This document shows, one piece after another, positions 52,750 to 64,000 of a stretch of 64,000 bases of DNA. Source of the DNA: Octopus sinensis. Lineage: Eukaryota. Positions within the stretch are counted from its first letter, which is position 1. Each line of letters opens with the position of its first letter. The translations under genes were made by a program, and so were the position numbers. The stretch is taken from positions 40,238,001 to 40,302,000 of the forward strand of contig NC_042997.1 of NCBI RefSeq assembly GCF_006345805.1. Reading direction: 5' to 3'. The notes under the pieces were generated by a model, which worked only from the letters and a program-made list of their open reading frames with translations, searched no databases and was not told the DNA's origin.

Positions 52750-54300
52750 ATTATTGCTGTGTGACAGTGAAGCATTCTTCATTTCCTCCAATGCCAGTTT
52801 CGCGCAGTAGAGATTAATAAACGGCACACTGTTAGAGCACAAGAGTTGCTGCTCCGTTGGGAGGACTAGAGCTAGCTACATCAATCAACTGTGCCAACAA
52901 CATGCCTAAATTTCCTTTATTTTAAGTGCAAAGGGTTATAAACTGTAATCTGCATGGGCCTTAGAATGGTGCAAACTGCGCTATTATCTTTAGAATTTGT
53001 GGTTCTTTATATGGATAGACTGATGTCACCATAACCGGCGTAATTCATGATAGATGAAATTTATTGTGGAGGCGCAATGGCCCAGTGGTTAGGACAACGA
53101 ATTCGCGGTCGTAAGAGCACGGTTTCGATTCCTAGCCCGGTAATTGTGAGTGTTTATTGAGCAAAAACACCTAAATTCCACGATGCTCCAGAGAAATGGC
53201 GGCGAGCTGGAGGAAACGTTAGCATGCCGGGCGAAATGCGTAGCCATATTTCGTCTGCCGTTACGTTCTGAGTTCAAATTCCGCCGAGGTCGACTTTGCC
53301 TTTCATCCTTTCGGGGTCGATAAATTAAGTACCAGTTACGCACTGGTGTCGATATAATCGACTTAATCCCTTTGTCTGTCCTTGTTTGTCTCTTCTGTGT
53401 TTAGCCCCTTGTGGGTAGTAAAGAAATAGATAGATCAAATTTATTGTTTGTACTCCAATATTATTTGTTTTGAGTTAATCAAAATGTGGAGCTTACGTTT
53501 GTGCATAGGTTTACTTTCTTTACTGTGTTCTCTAATAGTGTTATGAACATTTAAGTAATTTCTAGTACTTTGACAACTTCTGTGTTGAAATTGATGATTC
53601 GTCATATTTAATATTCCTTGGTGTTGCCGCTGCAAAGAGAGATGGCTGCTGTCATTTAGTCCAGGACATCCTCGATCGAGACGAAATATATTCCAGCCTT
53701 GACTATGTTTGATCTTTAGAGGTATGCAGGACAATCTTGTCCAAGATTTCGTTGTCCTATTTACGAAAGTAGAGTGTGATCTGAGGTAGAATTAGCTGCT
53801 ATTTCTATTGTTGGCTCGTCCTACTCCTATGGTTGTTCCTACTGTAGTGTTGTTTCCCACGCTGTCTTGCCAATGTTGATGCCATTGGCATTTATTACTC
53901 ATTTTATTTTCCAGTACTGCTACAGCCTCAACTTTGTATTTGATATCTTTATTCTCGCTGCTAATAGCATTAAAATTTTCTGTTGTTGCCCATGTCGTAT
54001 TTTGTTTTTGCTTTTATTATTGTCTTCTCGTGTACTAAATTGATAACAGTTTTCTCTTCTTTATTTATCTGCAAAATTAATGACAAATATGGTAGTAATG
54101 TGGCCAGAATATTTCAATTACAAAATATTCCCTTCATATGTAATAATACATTGCTATTGTCTTCCTCACCATTTCCGATTTCAAATTTGTTGTTGAGATG
54201 TTCGTAAAAATCAATTTTGATATGTTCTTACAATGTAACAAAATTGCACCTGAATCCATAGTTCAGATTCCTACAATATATTGAAGTTAACTGTGGGAAT
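52750..54300 (-). mobile_element. Degraded PLE (RT C-terminus plus GIY-YIG), interrupted by a SINE
   Basis: Fragments FYEHLNN.., LLPYLSLILQINKEEKTVINLVHEKT (LPFLD..VYRKPT-like), CQSTRNYLNVHNTIREH, MNYAGYGDISLSI. Confidence 0.4.
53068..53428 (+). mobile_element. Chimeric SINE: family C head fused to full-length family B1
   Basis: One TSD GATAGAT(G/C)AAATTTATTGT at 53049-53067 and 53429-53447 flanks both parts. Confidence 0.8.
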
Positions 54301-54329
54301 GTTGGAGCCAAAGTCACAGGCGGCGAACT

Positions 54330-55540
54330 TTAAGGTACCAAAAGCTAAAAATATGGACAGAAAATAAGGTATAAACTATGTATAAGTGAATTCACTGAAC
54401 TAACCGATAAAAAATTAAGTAAATATTATAAGCTAATATAACTTTTAAAACTATCCTCACCGAAGATTAATCACAAAAGTTTTGAAACTCAGTCTGGTTG
54501 AATCCTAACGAAAGTAATATAATGATCCCTAATTCATCAGCAACTCAGGGACACTGAAATATTAAGGAGCAAATATGGAAAGATATCGCTGTTAAAGATT
54601 TCAGGAAAATTTGGCAAATGGAAATCACCTAGAAAAACAGAATCCCTAATTTTTGGTTCAATGCTCTACCTGAATCCCATGCGAGTTAGACTTCCAGGTT
54701 GGAATATGGAGCAGCTTATTCCCCAAAAATGATGAGACGTAACCCACAAAGCTATCAATCAATAACATGCTTTACTACTGTATAGAAATACTAACATCCT
54801 TAATTTCTGAATACACATATACCTTCCTGGGGGATAACAAAATATTTCCTAACGAACAAAAAAGGCTGTAAATGTCTAAAATCATCTTAGAAGTTTGCCA
54901 TAAACAACACAAAAATCTTTTTATAGCACGGATTGATTACAAAAAAGTGTTTGATAGCCTCCCCCACAACTGGATTGAGACATGCAGAGAAATCAATAAA
55001 TGCTCTCTGGTTATTGGTAATTTTCTATTAAATAGTTTAAAGTTCTGGATGACAACTGAAATAGTAAATTCAGAAGCAGTTAGAATGAATGCTGGTGACA
55101 TTGATATAAATTGCGGCCCTTTTCAAAGGTAACTCCCTGCCATTAATTCTTTTTTGCATACCTGTCATTCCTCCAAGTTGTTAAATGGCACATAGGATAG
55201 ATACAGAATATACGACAGATTAATCAGTCTCATCTTTTACTAGGACCATCTAAAGCTTTTTCTGAAAGGGGACCAACAATTGGAACGGTTTTTAGCAACA
55301 GCTTTGTGATAATATTGAAGTGGAGTTTGTGCTAAAACCTTACTCTTTTATGGAAAACTCTTGAAAACTTACATCATATAGCTAGACTTGACAATTATAA
55401 TTAAGGAATTAAAAACTGAAGAAAGCTTCAAATATTCATGTTTGCGTGTAGGGTGTGGCATTCAGCGCGCACAAATACGCTAAAAAATACAGAAAGACAA
55501 CTGTCGTAGAGTTAGAACTATCCTAAAAGGCAAACTTAGG
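54330..55540 (+). mobile_element. R4/Dong-like non-LTR RT remnant
   Basis: KWKSP..IPNFW, IARIDYKKVFDSLPHNW, INCGPFQ, SHLLLGPSKAF (ISHLFYMDDLKL-like); many stops. Confidence 0.6.
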
Positions 55541-55734
55541 GCTCAGTTTGTTATTCTATTAACTCCGATAGGATGAAAGGCAAAGCTGGCCTTGGTGGCA
55601 TTTGAGTTCATAACGTTAAGAACCTGAATAAATGCCAATAAACCTTTTGTCCAGTACACTAACGATTCTGCCAGCAATAATGTATGGTATTAGTAAATTA
55701 CCAGAATGGTGTTTTCTGACTATGATAGTGAGGA

Positions 55735-55945
55735 GTGAGGCGGAGAATCGTTATCATGCCAGGCAAAAAGCTTGGCGGCATTTCGTTCGTCTTTATGTTC
55801 TGAGTTCAAATTTCGCTGATGTCGGCTTAACCATCCATTCTTTTGGGATCGATAAAATAAGTATCAGTTGAACACTGGGGTCAATGTAATCGACTTAATA
55901 CTGCCCGAACTTGCTGGCCTTGTGCCAAAATTTGAAACCAATATC
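55735..55945 (+). mobile_element. SINE family B2
   Basis: Head, core and GCCTTGTGCCAAAATTTGAAACCAATAT tail. Confidence 0.8.
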
Positions 55946-57039
55946 AGTGAGGACTAAGGGACCGTCAATAGTTTACAGACATCTTGCACTGTACGATAGT
56001 CGCTTGATCAAATGTCGACTGGAGATGAGAACGATATCAATAACTTCCAATTGTATCGCTTCCGCTGGCAGTGTTTGGCAAAACTAATGTTACCAAGGAA
56101 TATATTATTTTTTGTCCACATGGTATTCTGGCTTAGTGCTATGTTTATTTGTGCTTATATCTGATAAGAGAGGATTGTGCTTATACCTGATAGGAAAGGA
56201 ATGAAACATGAAAATTCTATTGAAATGTTTCTTTTCTGGTGGAAATTAGTTTTACAATTTTCTCCTTTTGTTTTCATCTGAACAACCGTCTTCCATTTAT
56301 TCAAAATATGCTTAACGCAGATTTTTAGAAAAAAGGGCTAAAGAGTGAGTCAAAAGAATCTGAGCATTCCTTGGAAGCATATGTTCTGATCAACACTGCT
56401 AGAGAACATATCACTAAAACACATCCCTTCACAAGCAGAATCGTATTATAGACGACGAGGATCAGTCTGATGACTTACGCTGGCAGAATTGCCTTTGCTT
56501 GACTCACTCTCGGCTAATGAACTGGTGTTTATTTTGTGTGTACAGGAATTAATAGTTTACAACATTTGCATTAAAGACATCTCATGTAGGTACAAGGTTA
56601 TGAATATGAAAAAGAGAGATGCATTTGCAGTTGCTAGTGTTATTTACGAGTAAGATTGATTACTAGGCTTACAAAGAATAAGTTCTAAGGTCGATTTGTT
56701 CGACTAAAGGCGGTGCTCCAGCATGATCGCAGCCAAGTAGCTGAAACAAATAAAAGAATAAAAGAAAAGAAAGAACACACACACACACAAACATAAATGT
56801 CGAACAACGAGAATGCTGTGTTGAGCACTCATTGTTTTCATCCAAAGTAGAGACGAACATCATTCTTCTATGTGATCAGCATGAAAAATTAAGATATTGA
56901 GATATTTTTCCTATGAAACCAATAGCAGCCTTAATACACACACAAATATATGTGTGTGTATGTGTGTGTGTTTGTGTATGTATATTTTCGTGTTTGATTT
57001 GTTCATGTTTTGATTTGTTTATGTCGCTGTAGTATAGCG

Positions 57040-57545
57040 ATTCATCATAAGAGAACGATAGAATAAGTACTGGATTTCAAAAATAAATTCTTGGGGTCGA
57101 TGTATTCGAAGTAGCGCCCAACATGGCCGCAGTCCAATGACTGAACGAAGTGGCTGTGTGGTAAGTAGCTTGTTTACCAACCACATGGTTCTGGGTTCAG
57201 TCCCACTGCGTGGCACCTTGGGCAAGTGTCTTCTACTATAGCCTCGGGCCGACCAAAGCCTTGTGAGTGGATTTGGTAGACGGAAACTGAAAGAAGCGCG
57301 TCGTATATATGTATATATATGTATATGCATGTGTATATGTTTGTGTGTCCGTGTTTGTCCCCCCAACATCGCTTGACAACCGATGGTGGTGTGTTTACGC
57401 CCCCGTAACTTAGCGGTTCGGCAAAAGGGACAGATAGAATAAGTACTGGGATTACAAAAGAATAAGTCCCGGGGTCGAGTTGCTCGACTAAAAAGTGGTG
57501 CTCAAGCATGGCCGCAGTCCAATGACTGAACGAAGTAAAAAATAA
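57040..57545 (+). mobile_element. SINE A inserted at the tail of an older SINE A
   Basis: 30-bp identical repeat at 57122-57151 and 57507-57536. Confidence 0.75.
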
Positions 57546-57924
57546 AATACATAAAAGTTACACTTTTACAGCAACAGTCTGAGACAGGTCAAGATTAACG
57601 AACCAATTCTATTTAAAGAACGCACGCCTGATGTTCGTTCTCATTACTTGCTTTCTATTTTACATTCTCGGATTTAAATTATTTTCCATTTCAATTTTGA
57701 TTTTCTATTTTATTTTTCAACTATTTCCTATTCTCAGCTATTTTTACATAAATGGGTTTTCTTTTTGTTTGTAATTTTTTAAAAATTAACCCCTCGTTAA
57801 ATTTCTTGTTTGAAATAGTAATAGTTATCTTAATACATTTACAGATCCTGAAGAGAAGTTCGAAAATAGAATAACATGCTTGCACGCACAATGAAACATT
57901 GCACATACGCCTAAGACATACAGA

Positions 57925-58318
57925 TCCACATACATACATACATACATACATACATACATACATACATACACACATACATACACAGATACATACATACATA
58001 CATACATACATACATACACACCACACATACATGCATACACACATACATACATCATACATACATACATAAATACATACATACACACATACATACATACATA
58101 CACACACACATACATGCATACACACATACATACATACATACATACATCATACATACATACATAAATACATACATACATCATACATACATACATACATTCA
58201 TACATACACACATACATACATACATACACACATACATATATACATACACACATACATACATACATACATACATACATACATACATACATACATACATACA
58301 TACATACATACATACACT
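57925..58318. repeat. Imperfect (TACA)n microsatellite
   Basis: Direct inspection. Confidence 0.95.
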
Positions 58319-58498
58319 CACGTGTGTGTGTGTATACACAGACATACTTGCACACATATACATATATAACAATTGATTATTGATTCACACTGTTGTGACT
58401 AGGAATTAAACGATGAAATTACTGAGAAGGATGTGTGTTTTTTTCTCTAGTTTCAGCTCCGAGCTGCGGCCATGCTGATGCACAGCCGTTTTTGCTAT

Positions 58499-58616
58499 GC
58501 TTTCTGCCCCTAGGTTTCCCAAGTGGTCACCCATCAAAGTACTGACTAGGCTCGACGTTGCTTAACTTCGGTGATCAGACGAGAACCGATGCTTTCAACG
58601 TGATATGGCTGTAAGC
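58499..58616 (-). rRNA. 5S rRNA-derived copy (pseudogene or SINE3-type head)
   Basis: GCTTACAGCCATATCACGTTGAAAGCATCGGTTCTCGTCTGATCACCGAAGTTAAGCAACGTCGAGCC..AGTACTTTGATGGGTGACCACTTGGGAA; ~118 nt with internal A and C boxes and several substitutions. Confidence 0.85.
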
Positions 58617-58649
58617 CATGTATATGGATGTATGTATATAGATATATAT

Positions 58650-58688
<39 letters not shown>

Positions 58689-59088
58689 AATAATAATTAA
58701 TCCAAAACAAGTAGCAATACAGCATTGAAATAAACAGAAACTGAAAATGTACAGAGAATGCATGAAGATTTATTTAAATTTCAAGTTATATATATATGCC
58801 TTCGAAACATGCCTGACTCCTCTAGCGACAGCTGATGACGGGGGTTTTGTCCTTGTGTAGCTCGTCCTGTATTTGTTTTTCGTTTTCTTGTTTTTCGTTT
58901 TCCGTTTTCTTGTTTTTTGTTTTTTGGCTTTTTCCGTTTCTACGTCTTATTGTGGTGTCCTGTACTCCCGTATAATTATTTATATATGCATGTATATATA
59001 CATGTAGATGTAGGTACGTACATATATGTTTGTATGTATGCATATATTTTTATTTATCTCCTATATATATATATATATATATACATAC

Positions 59089-59148
<60 letters not shown>

Positions 59149-59288
59149 CAGTTTCAGCTTAAGCCTGTGGCCATTCTGGGGCACCACCGTTTTGCTACAC
59201 TGTTATTATTGAGATCCTCCTCTGATATGTGGCATTTTGTGAATAAGGGAGTTTGATGTCGCTAACCTTTTGTGTATATACTCTTGTG

Positions 59289-59712
59289 TAGGAGTGGCTG
59301 TGTGGTAATTAGCTTCTTTACCGACCACATGGTTCCAGGTTCAGTCCCACTGCGTGGCACCTTGGGCAAGTGTCTTCTACTCTAGCCTCGGGTCGACCAA
59401 AGCCTTGTGAATGGATTTGGTAGACGGAAACTGAAAGAAGCCCGTTGCATATATGTATATATATATATATATATGTGCGTGTGTGTGTGTTTGTGTGTGT
59501 CTGTGTTCCCCACCCCAACATCGCTTGACAACCACTGTTGGTGTGTTTACGCCACCGTAACTTAGCGGTTCGGCAAAAGACACCGATAGAATAAGTACTA
59601 GGCTTACAAAGAATAAGCTCTGGGGTCGATTTGCTCGACTAAAAGACACTGCTCCACACCATAGCCGCAGTCAAATGACTGAAACAAGTAAAAGAGTAAA
59701 AGAGTAACAGAG
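59289..59712 (+). mobile_element. SINE family A
   Basis: Match to other copies. Confidence 0.9.
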
Positions 59713-59713
59713 T

Positions 59714-59772
<59 letters not shown>

Positions 59773-60659
59773 ATATATATTATATATATAGATATATATA
59801 AATGTATATATATTATATATATATATTATATATATATATCTGTTGTATGATAATATTTTAAAGAGAAACGTATTTTGGGTGGTACATCACACTAAATAGA
59901 AGCAAAACACTGGTTGTAGTTTACCTTCCTTTTTAATTAGTAATCAACTAATCATTTAATTAATCGAACGTTGCCTGTATTTGTTGGAGATGCTGGGCCC
60001 GCAAGGTGGATGTTATCTACCTACAAGAATTGGATCTGGTTTATGATCCTTCGTTAGCACATCCAACACCAATATCTATATAGTATATGAATTATCTTAC
60101 TTCTCAATTATCAGACGCCAACTAATTGAAGTTTCTCCAGACGTCTTCATCAGTACGAAAGGCCATCTTAGCAAAATCAATGTCTGGAATTACTCGCGCA
60201 ATATTATATGTTGCATAATAAGCAGTAAGTGTGCGGATTCTTCATATCGATTTATCGATATTGTTTTTGCTGTCAGGACGGTATGTTATTTCTCGATACT
60301 GATGCCAACGAACTGAAACCTCCCCTGAAACACCTATGTGATAACGATTGATTAGTTAAAGATAATCTTAAAAGGTTTCACTAACCAGACGCCAAAGAGG
60401 AGTATTGAATACTAATCTTTCGATCGGAAAAATACCCCAATCAAGCATTTGAATAACCAATGCATCCCAATTCAAGCGAACGACGGTCAGCTTTGAAATA
60501 CGATTCCACATGTTTTTGTTGCCTTTATAATAAAAGAATACTGAAGTATTAATATTTGAATTCAGTTGTAAGCTGCATATTGAGGAAATGGAGAAGTCGA
60601 TATCGCTAGAGAAGTGGCCAACCACATTATGATATGCTAAGATAGAAAACTGAAACGGT

Positions 60660-61050
60660 AGGCGCAGGAGTGGCTGTGTGGTAAGTAGCTTGCTAACCAA
60701 CCACATGGTTCCGGGTTCAGTCCCACTGTGTTGCATCTTGGGCAAGTGTCTTGGGCAAGCCCCGGGCCGACCAATGCCTTGTGAGTGGATTTGGTAGACG
60801 GAAACTGAAAGAAGCCCGTCGTATATATGTATATATATATATGTGTGTGTATGTGTGTGTGTGTTTGTCCCCCTAGCATTGCTTGACAACCGATGCTGGT
60901 GTGTTTACGTCTCCGTCACTTAGCGGTTCGGCAAAAGAGACCGATAGAATAAGTACTGGGCTTACAAAGAATAAATCCCGGGGTCGATTTGCTCGACTAA
61001 AGGCGGTGCTCCAGCAAATGACTGAAACAAGTAAAGGAGTAAAAGAGAGA
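60660..61050 (+). mobile_element. SINE family A
   Basis: Match to other copies with a small rearrangement in the core. Confidence 0.9.
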
Positions 61051-61425
61051 GTATATAAACTTTAAATTCCACAACTGTGCTCACATATTCTCGCTATGTA
61101 GATGACATAAACCTTGTGGCTAAGGCAACCCTAGAAGACAGTTACCAGGTATTTGAATATAGCACTGCGGAAAATATCCAGCAAGGACACAGAGTATCAA
61201 GGGGGAAGTTGACTGTGTATCTAGGTTCCACAACAACGGACTTTTCGTTCTAATTACTGAAGTCTGGTTAGAAACTATGGACAACGAAAACAATACTTCT
61301 GTTCAAATTACGTTAAACATATTTTCACTATGTATGTATACATGTAAATATATATATATATAATAGAAATATTAAAATAACTAAGTCTCTCTAAAAGAGA
61401 ACAGCGGCAGCGTTCCCGGAAAATA

Positions 61426-61495
61426 ATAGTTATCGCCATACTAATATGGCATTCTTATAAAAATAAGAATGCCATATTAGTATGGCGATAACTAT
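61426..61495. repeat. Perfect 33-bp inverted repeat with 4-nt loop
   Basis: ATAGTTATCGCCATACTAATATGGCATTCTTAT-AAAA-exact reverse complement. Confidence 0.95.
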
Positions 61496-61502
61496 ATATA
61501 TA

Positions 61503-61545
<43 letters not shown>

Positions 61546-61844
61546 TATACATATATATATATGTTATTTATATTATATTTATTTAATGAACGCCACGCAC
61601 CCATTTCCAAGTAAGTTTATCTTAACCTTTTTGATACGACTCTATACTGTTTTCTTCCTCCGTCCTTCTCTGATTCCCTTTTGCTGCTCTCCCTCTTTCA
61701 ACGTTTTCTATGTGTCTCTGTCTCTCCCCTCTTTCTTCTTTTCTTTCTCTCTCGTTGCTCACACGTGATCATCGACCATCTTTCTTTACCTCACGTGACC
61801 AGCTTTCTTTTCCTGCAGGACGTTCAAAGGACTAGACGTTTTCT

Positions 61845-61936
61845 TTGTCTCTCTTCTATCTTGTCTCTCTTCTATCTTGTCTCTCTTCTATCTTGTCTCT
61901 CTTCTATCTTGTCTCTCTTCTATCTTGTCTCTCTTC
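61845..61936. repeat. 16-bp tandem repeat, ~5.5 copies
   Basis: Unit TATCTTGTCTCTCTTC. Confidence 0.9.
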
Positions 61937-62417
61937 AAAGAGAATATTTCTCCAAGCGTTCACTATTTTCCTCTCGTCCTTGTCTAAAGACCCTCCATGT
62001 TTGTTTTCGTTGGGTTTCCTTGTATGTCTCCACTCCCGTTTTTGTTCTCAAATTTAACCCTCCATAAATCCTGAATTTTACTTTAGAATTTATGCAGCGG
62101 CTTTACAGGGGCTCCACAATATTAGAGAATATTAAAATGAAAATCCTGATAATGTATGTGGTGTGTGAAAATATGCGAACAGCAAGATCATATAGATTTC
62201 ATCAAACGGTAGTTAATCGAATTTCGTCAAGTGGACAGTAGAAAGAATTTCGTTATGGCTGCGTGGTAAGAAGCGTGCTTCCAAACCACATATTTCTGGA
62301 TTCAGTTCCACTGCGTGGCACCTTAAGTAAGTGTCTTTTATTATAGCCTCGAGATGACCAAAGTCTTGTCGGTGAATTTGGTTGACGGAACGGAAATTCC
62401 ATCGTGTATATGTGTGA

Positions 62418-62476
<59 letters not shown>

Positions 62477-62514
62477 AAAAAGGAGATGTGGAACACGAGT
62501 TGTGATATATATAA

Positions 62515-63262
62515 AAAGGAAATGAAGAAAATGCTGACAAAATAATTTAAGTAAGGGAGAGTGTATTTAATTAGGTGAAAGTTATTTTTACCGGTTGCGC
62601 ATTTGTTATGCTTATCAAAAGATATTTTTTAAGAGAGATAGAGTTCCTTTCTGATAGATTTTTTTTCTCTTATCTGCTTTTATGTTGGGTTTGCTGTCTG
62701 TTATATGTGAAAAAAGTGGCTCCAGAGTTGTTTAAGATTTGCTTGGTTTCGCGCCTAAAATTTCTTGTGGACAATGGTCAATACAATTTTGATCGGTCAT
62801 TATAAAGGGGTCACGTGAATGTTTGAATGGAAGTTGGTGTTGGGGTAAGAAAATAGGCTCCAGAGATGTTAAAATTTGGCTAGTATCGCGCCTAAAACTA
62901 GCCAAATTTTAACATCTCTGGAGCCTATATTCTTACCCCAACGCCAACTTCCATTCAAACATTCACGTGACCCCTTTATAATGACCGATCAAAATTGTAT
63001 TGACCATTGTCCACAATAAATTTTTGGCGCGAAACCAAGCAAATCTTAAACAACTCTGGAGCCTCTTTTTTCACATATAAGAGACAGCAAACCCAACATA
63101 AAGTCAGATAAGAGAAAAAAATCAATCAGAAAGGAACTCTATCTCACTCAAAATATCTTTTGATAAGCATAACAAATGCGCAACCGGTAAAAAGAACTTT
63201 CACCTAATTAAATACACTCTCCCTTACTTAAATTATTTTGTCAGCATTTTCTTCATTTCCTT

Positions 63263-63263
<1 letters not shown>
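62515..63263. repeat. ~750-bp near-perfect palindrome (foldback) inside a SINE A
   Basis: Arms 62515-62884 and 62897-63263 with 12-nt loop; SINE A head at 62256-62420 and tail at 63395-63585 flank it. Confidence 0.9.
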
Positions 63264-63333
<70 letters not shown>

Positions 63334-64000
63334 ATATATATATTTATATATATATATGTATGTATGTATGCATGTATATATCTATGTGTGTGTGTACTTG
63401 TATCTGTGTTTGGCCCCCAAAACCACTTGACAAACGGTGTTTGCAGTTCGGCAAAAGATACCGATCAAATAAGTACTAAGCTTTAAAAAAAGTTCTGGGA
63501 TCGATTTGTTCGACTAAAAACCTTTAAAGCCGTGTCCCAGCATGGCCGCAGTCAAATAACTGAAACAAGTAAAATATAAAAGATAAACACTCAGTTGATC
63601 GAATCTCGTAAACTAAAGAAACTATAGGTAAAATTAATAGGCAGAAATTATAGGCTGAACATAGGTTAATAAAAGGCTTGTAGAAGCGAAACATAGGTTA
63701 AATTCTATATGGAAACTATAAGCTGAATATAGGTAAGAGTTTTACTTTCTATTTCGTCATTATTTACATTGGGAAGATGAGAATAAAGCCCTAAAGTTTT
63801 CAGGTCTCCAACTATTGTTAAGCTTCAAATATTTACCATCTTAATAGTGGTCAGTTCCATAACTTATTGGATTGTTCGATTAGTGTAGCACATTATGACT
63901 TCATGTAGTGTATGGAAGTCAAATCAGCTTTGTGAAACTCACACCTCTCCATGTTATACTCTGAAGATAATTCAGAGATATTCCAGCAAGTTAGTGAAGC

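Noticed and set aside
58499-58616. Functional 5S rRNA gene
   Set aside because: It is an isolated copy with terminal-stem mismatches, no T-run terminator and a SINE-like tail.

Overview
Eukaryotic, AT-rich, microsatellite-dense genomic DNA with no confidently supported host protein-coding gene (intergenic or large-intron-like). The SINE families resemble octopus tRNA-derived SINEs (recalled, not database-checked), so a coleoid cephalopod source is inferred. The window is mostly transposable elements: three abundant SINE families (labelled A, B and C here) plus a minor fourth, two non-autonomous Helitron families, mariner remnants and MITEs, a Ty3/Gypsy integrase remnant with LTR, RTE, R4/Dong-like and CR1/L2-like LINE remnants, and several Penelope-like element (PLE) pieces. 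Most ORFs in the six-frame track are artefacts of (TA)n, (CA)n and (TACA)n repeats or SINE copies. The most interesting signals are RNA or structural: an apparently intact type I hammerhead ribozyme (48079-48167); an ORF-less hammerhead-bearing unit in inverted and partial copies (44828-46194); a GIY-YIG ORF with no RT beside it; a ~750-bp near-perfect palindrome inside a SINE; a 5S rRNA-headed element with a SINE-type tail; and SINEs that repeatedly insert at GGTATT sites within older SINE copies. Coordinates were read by hand and element boundaries are approximate.
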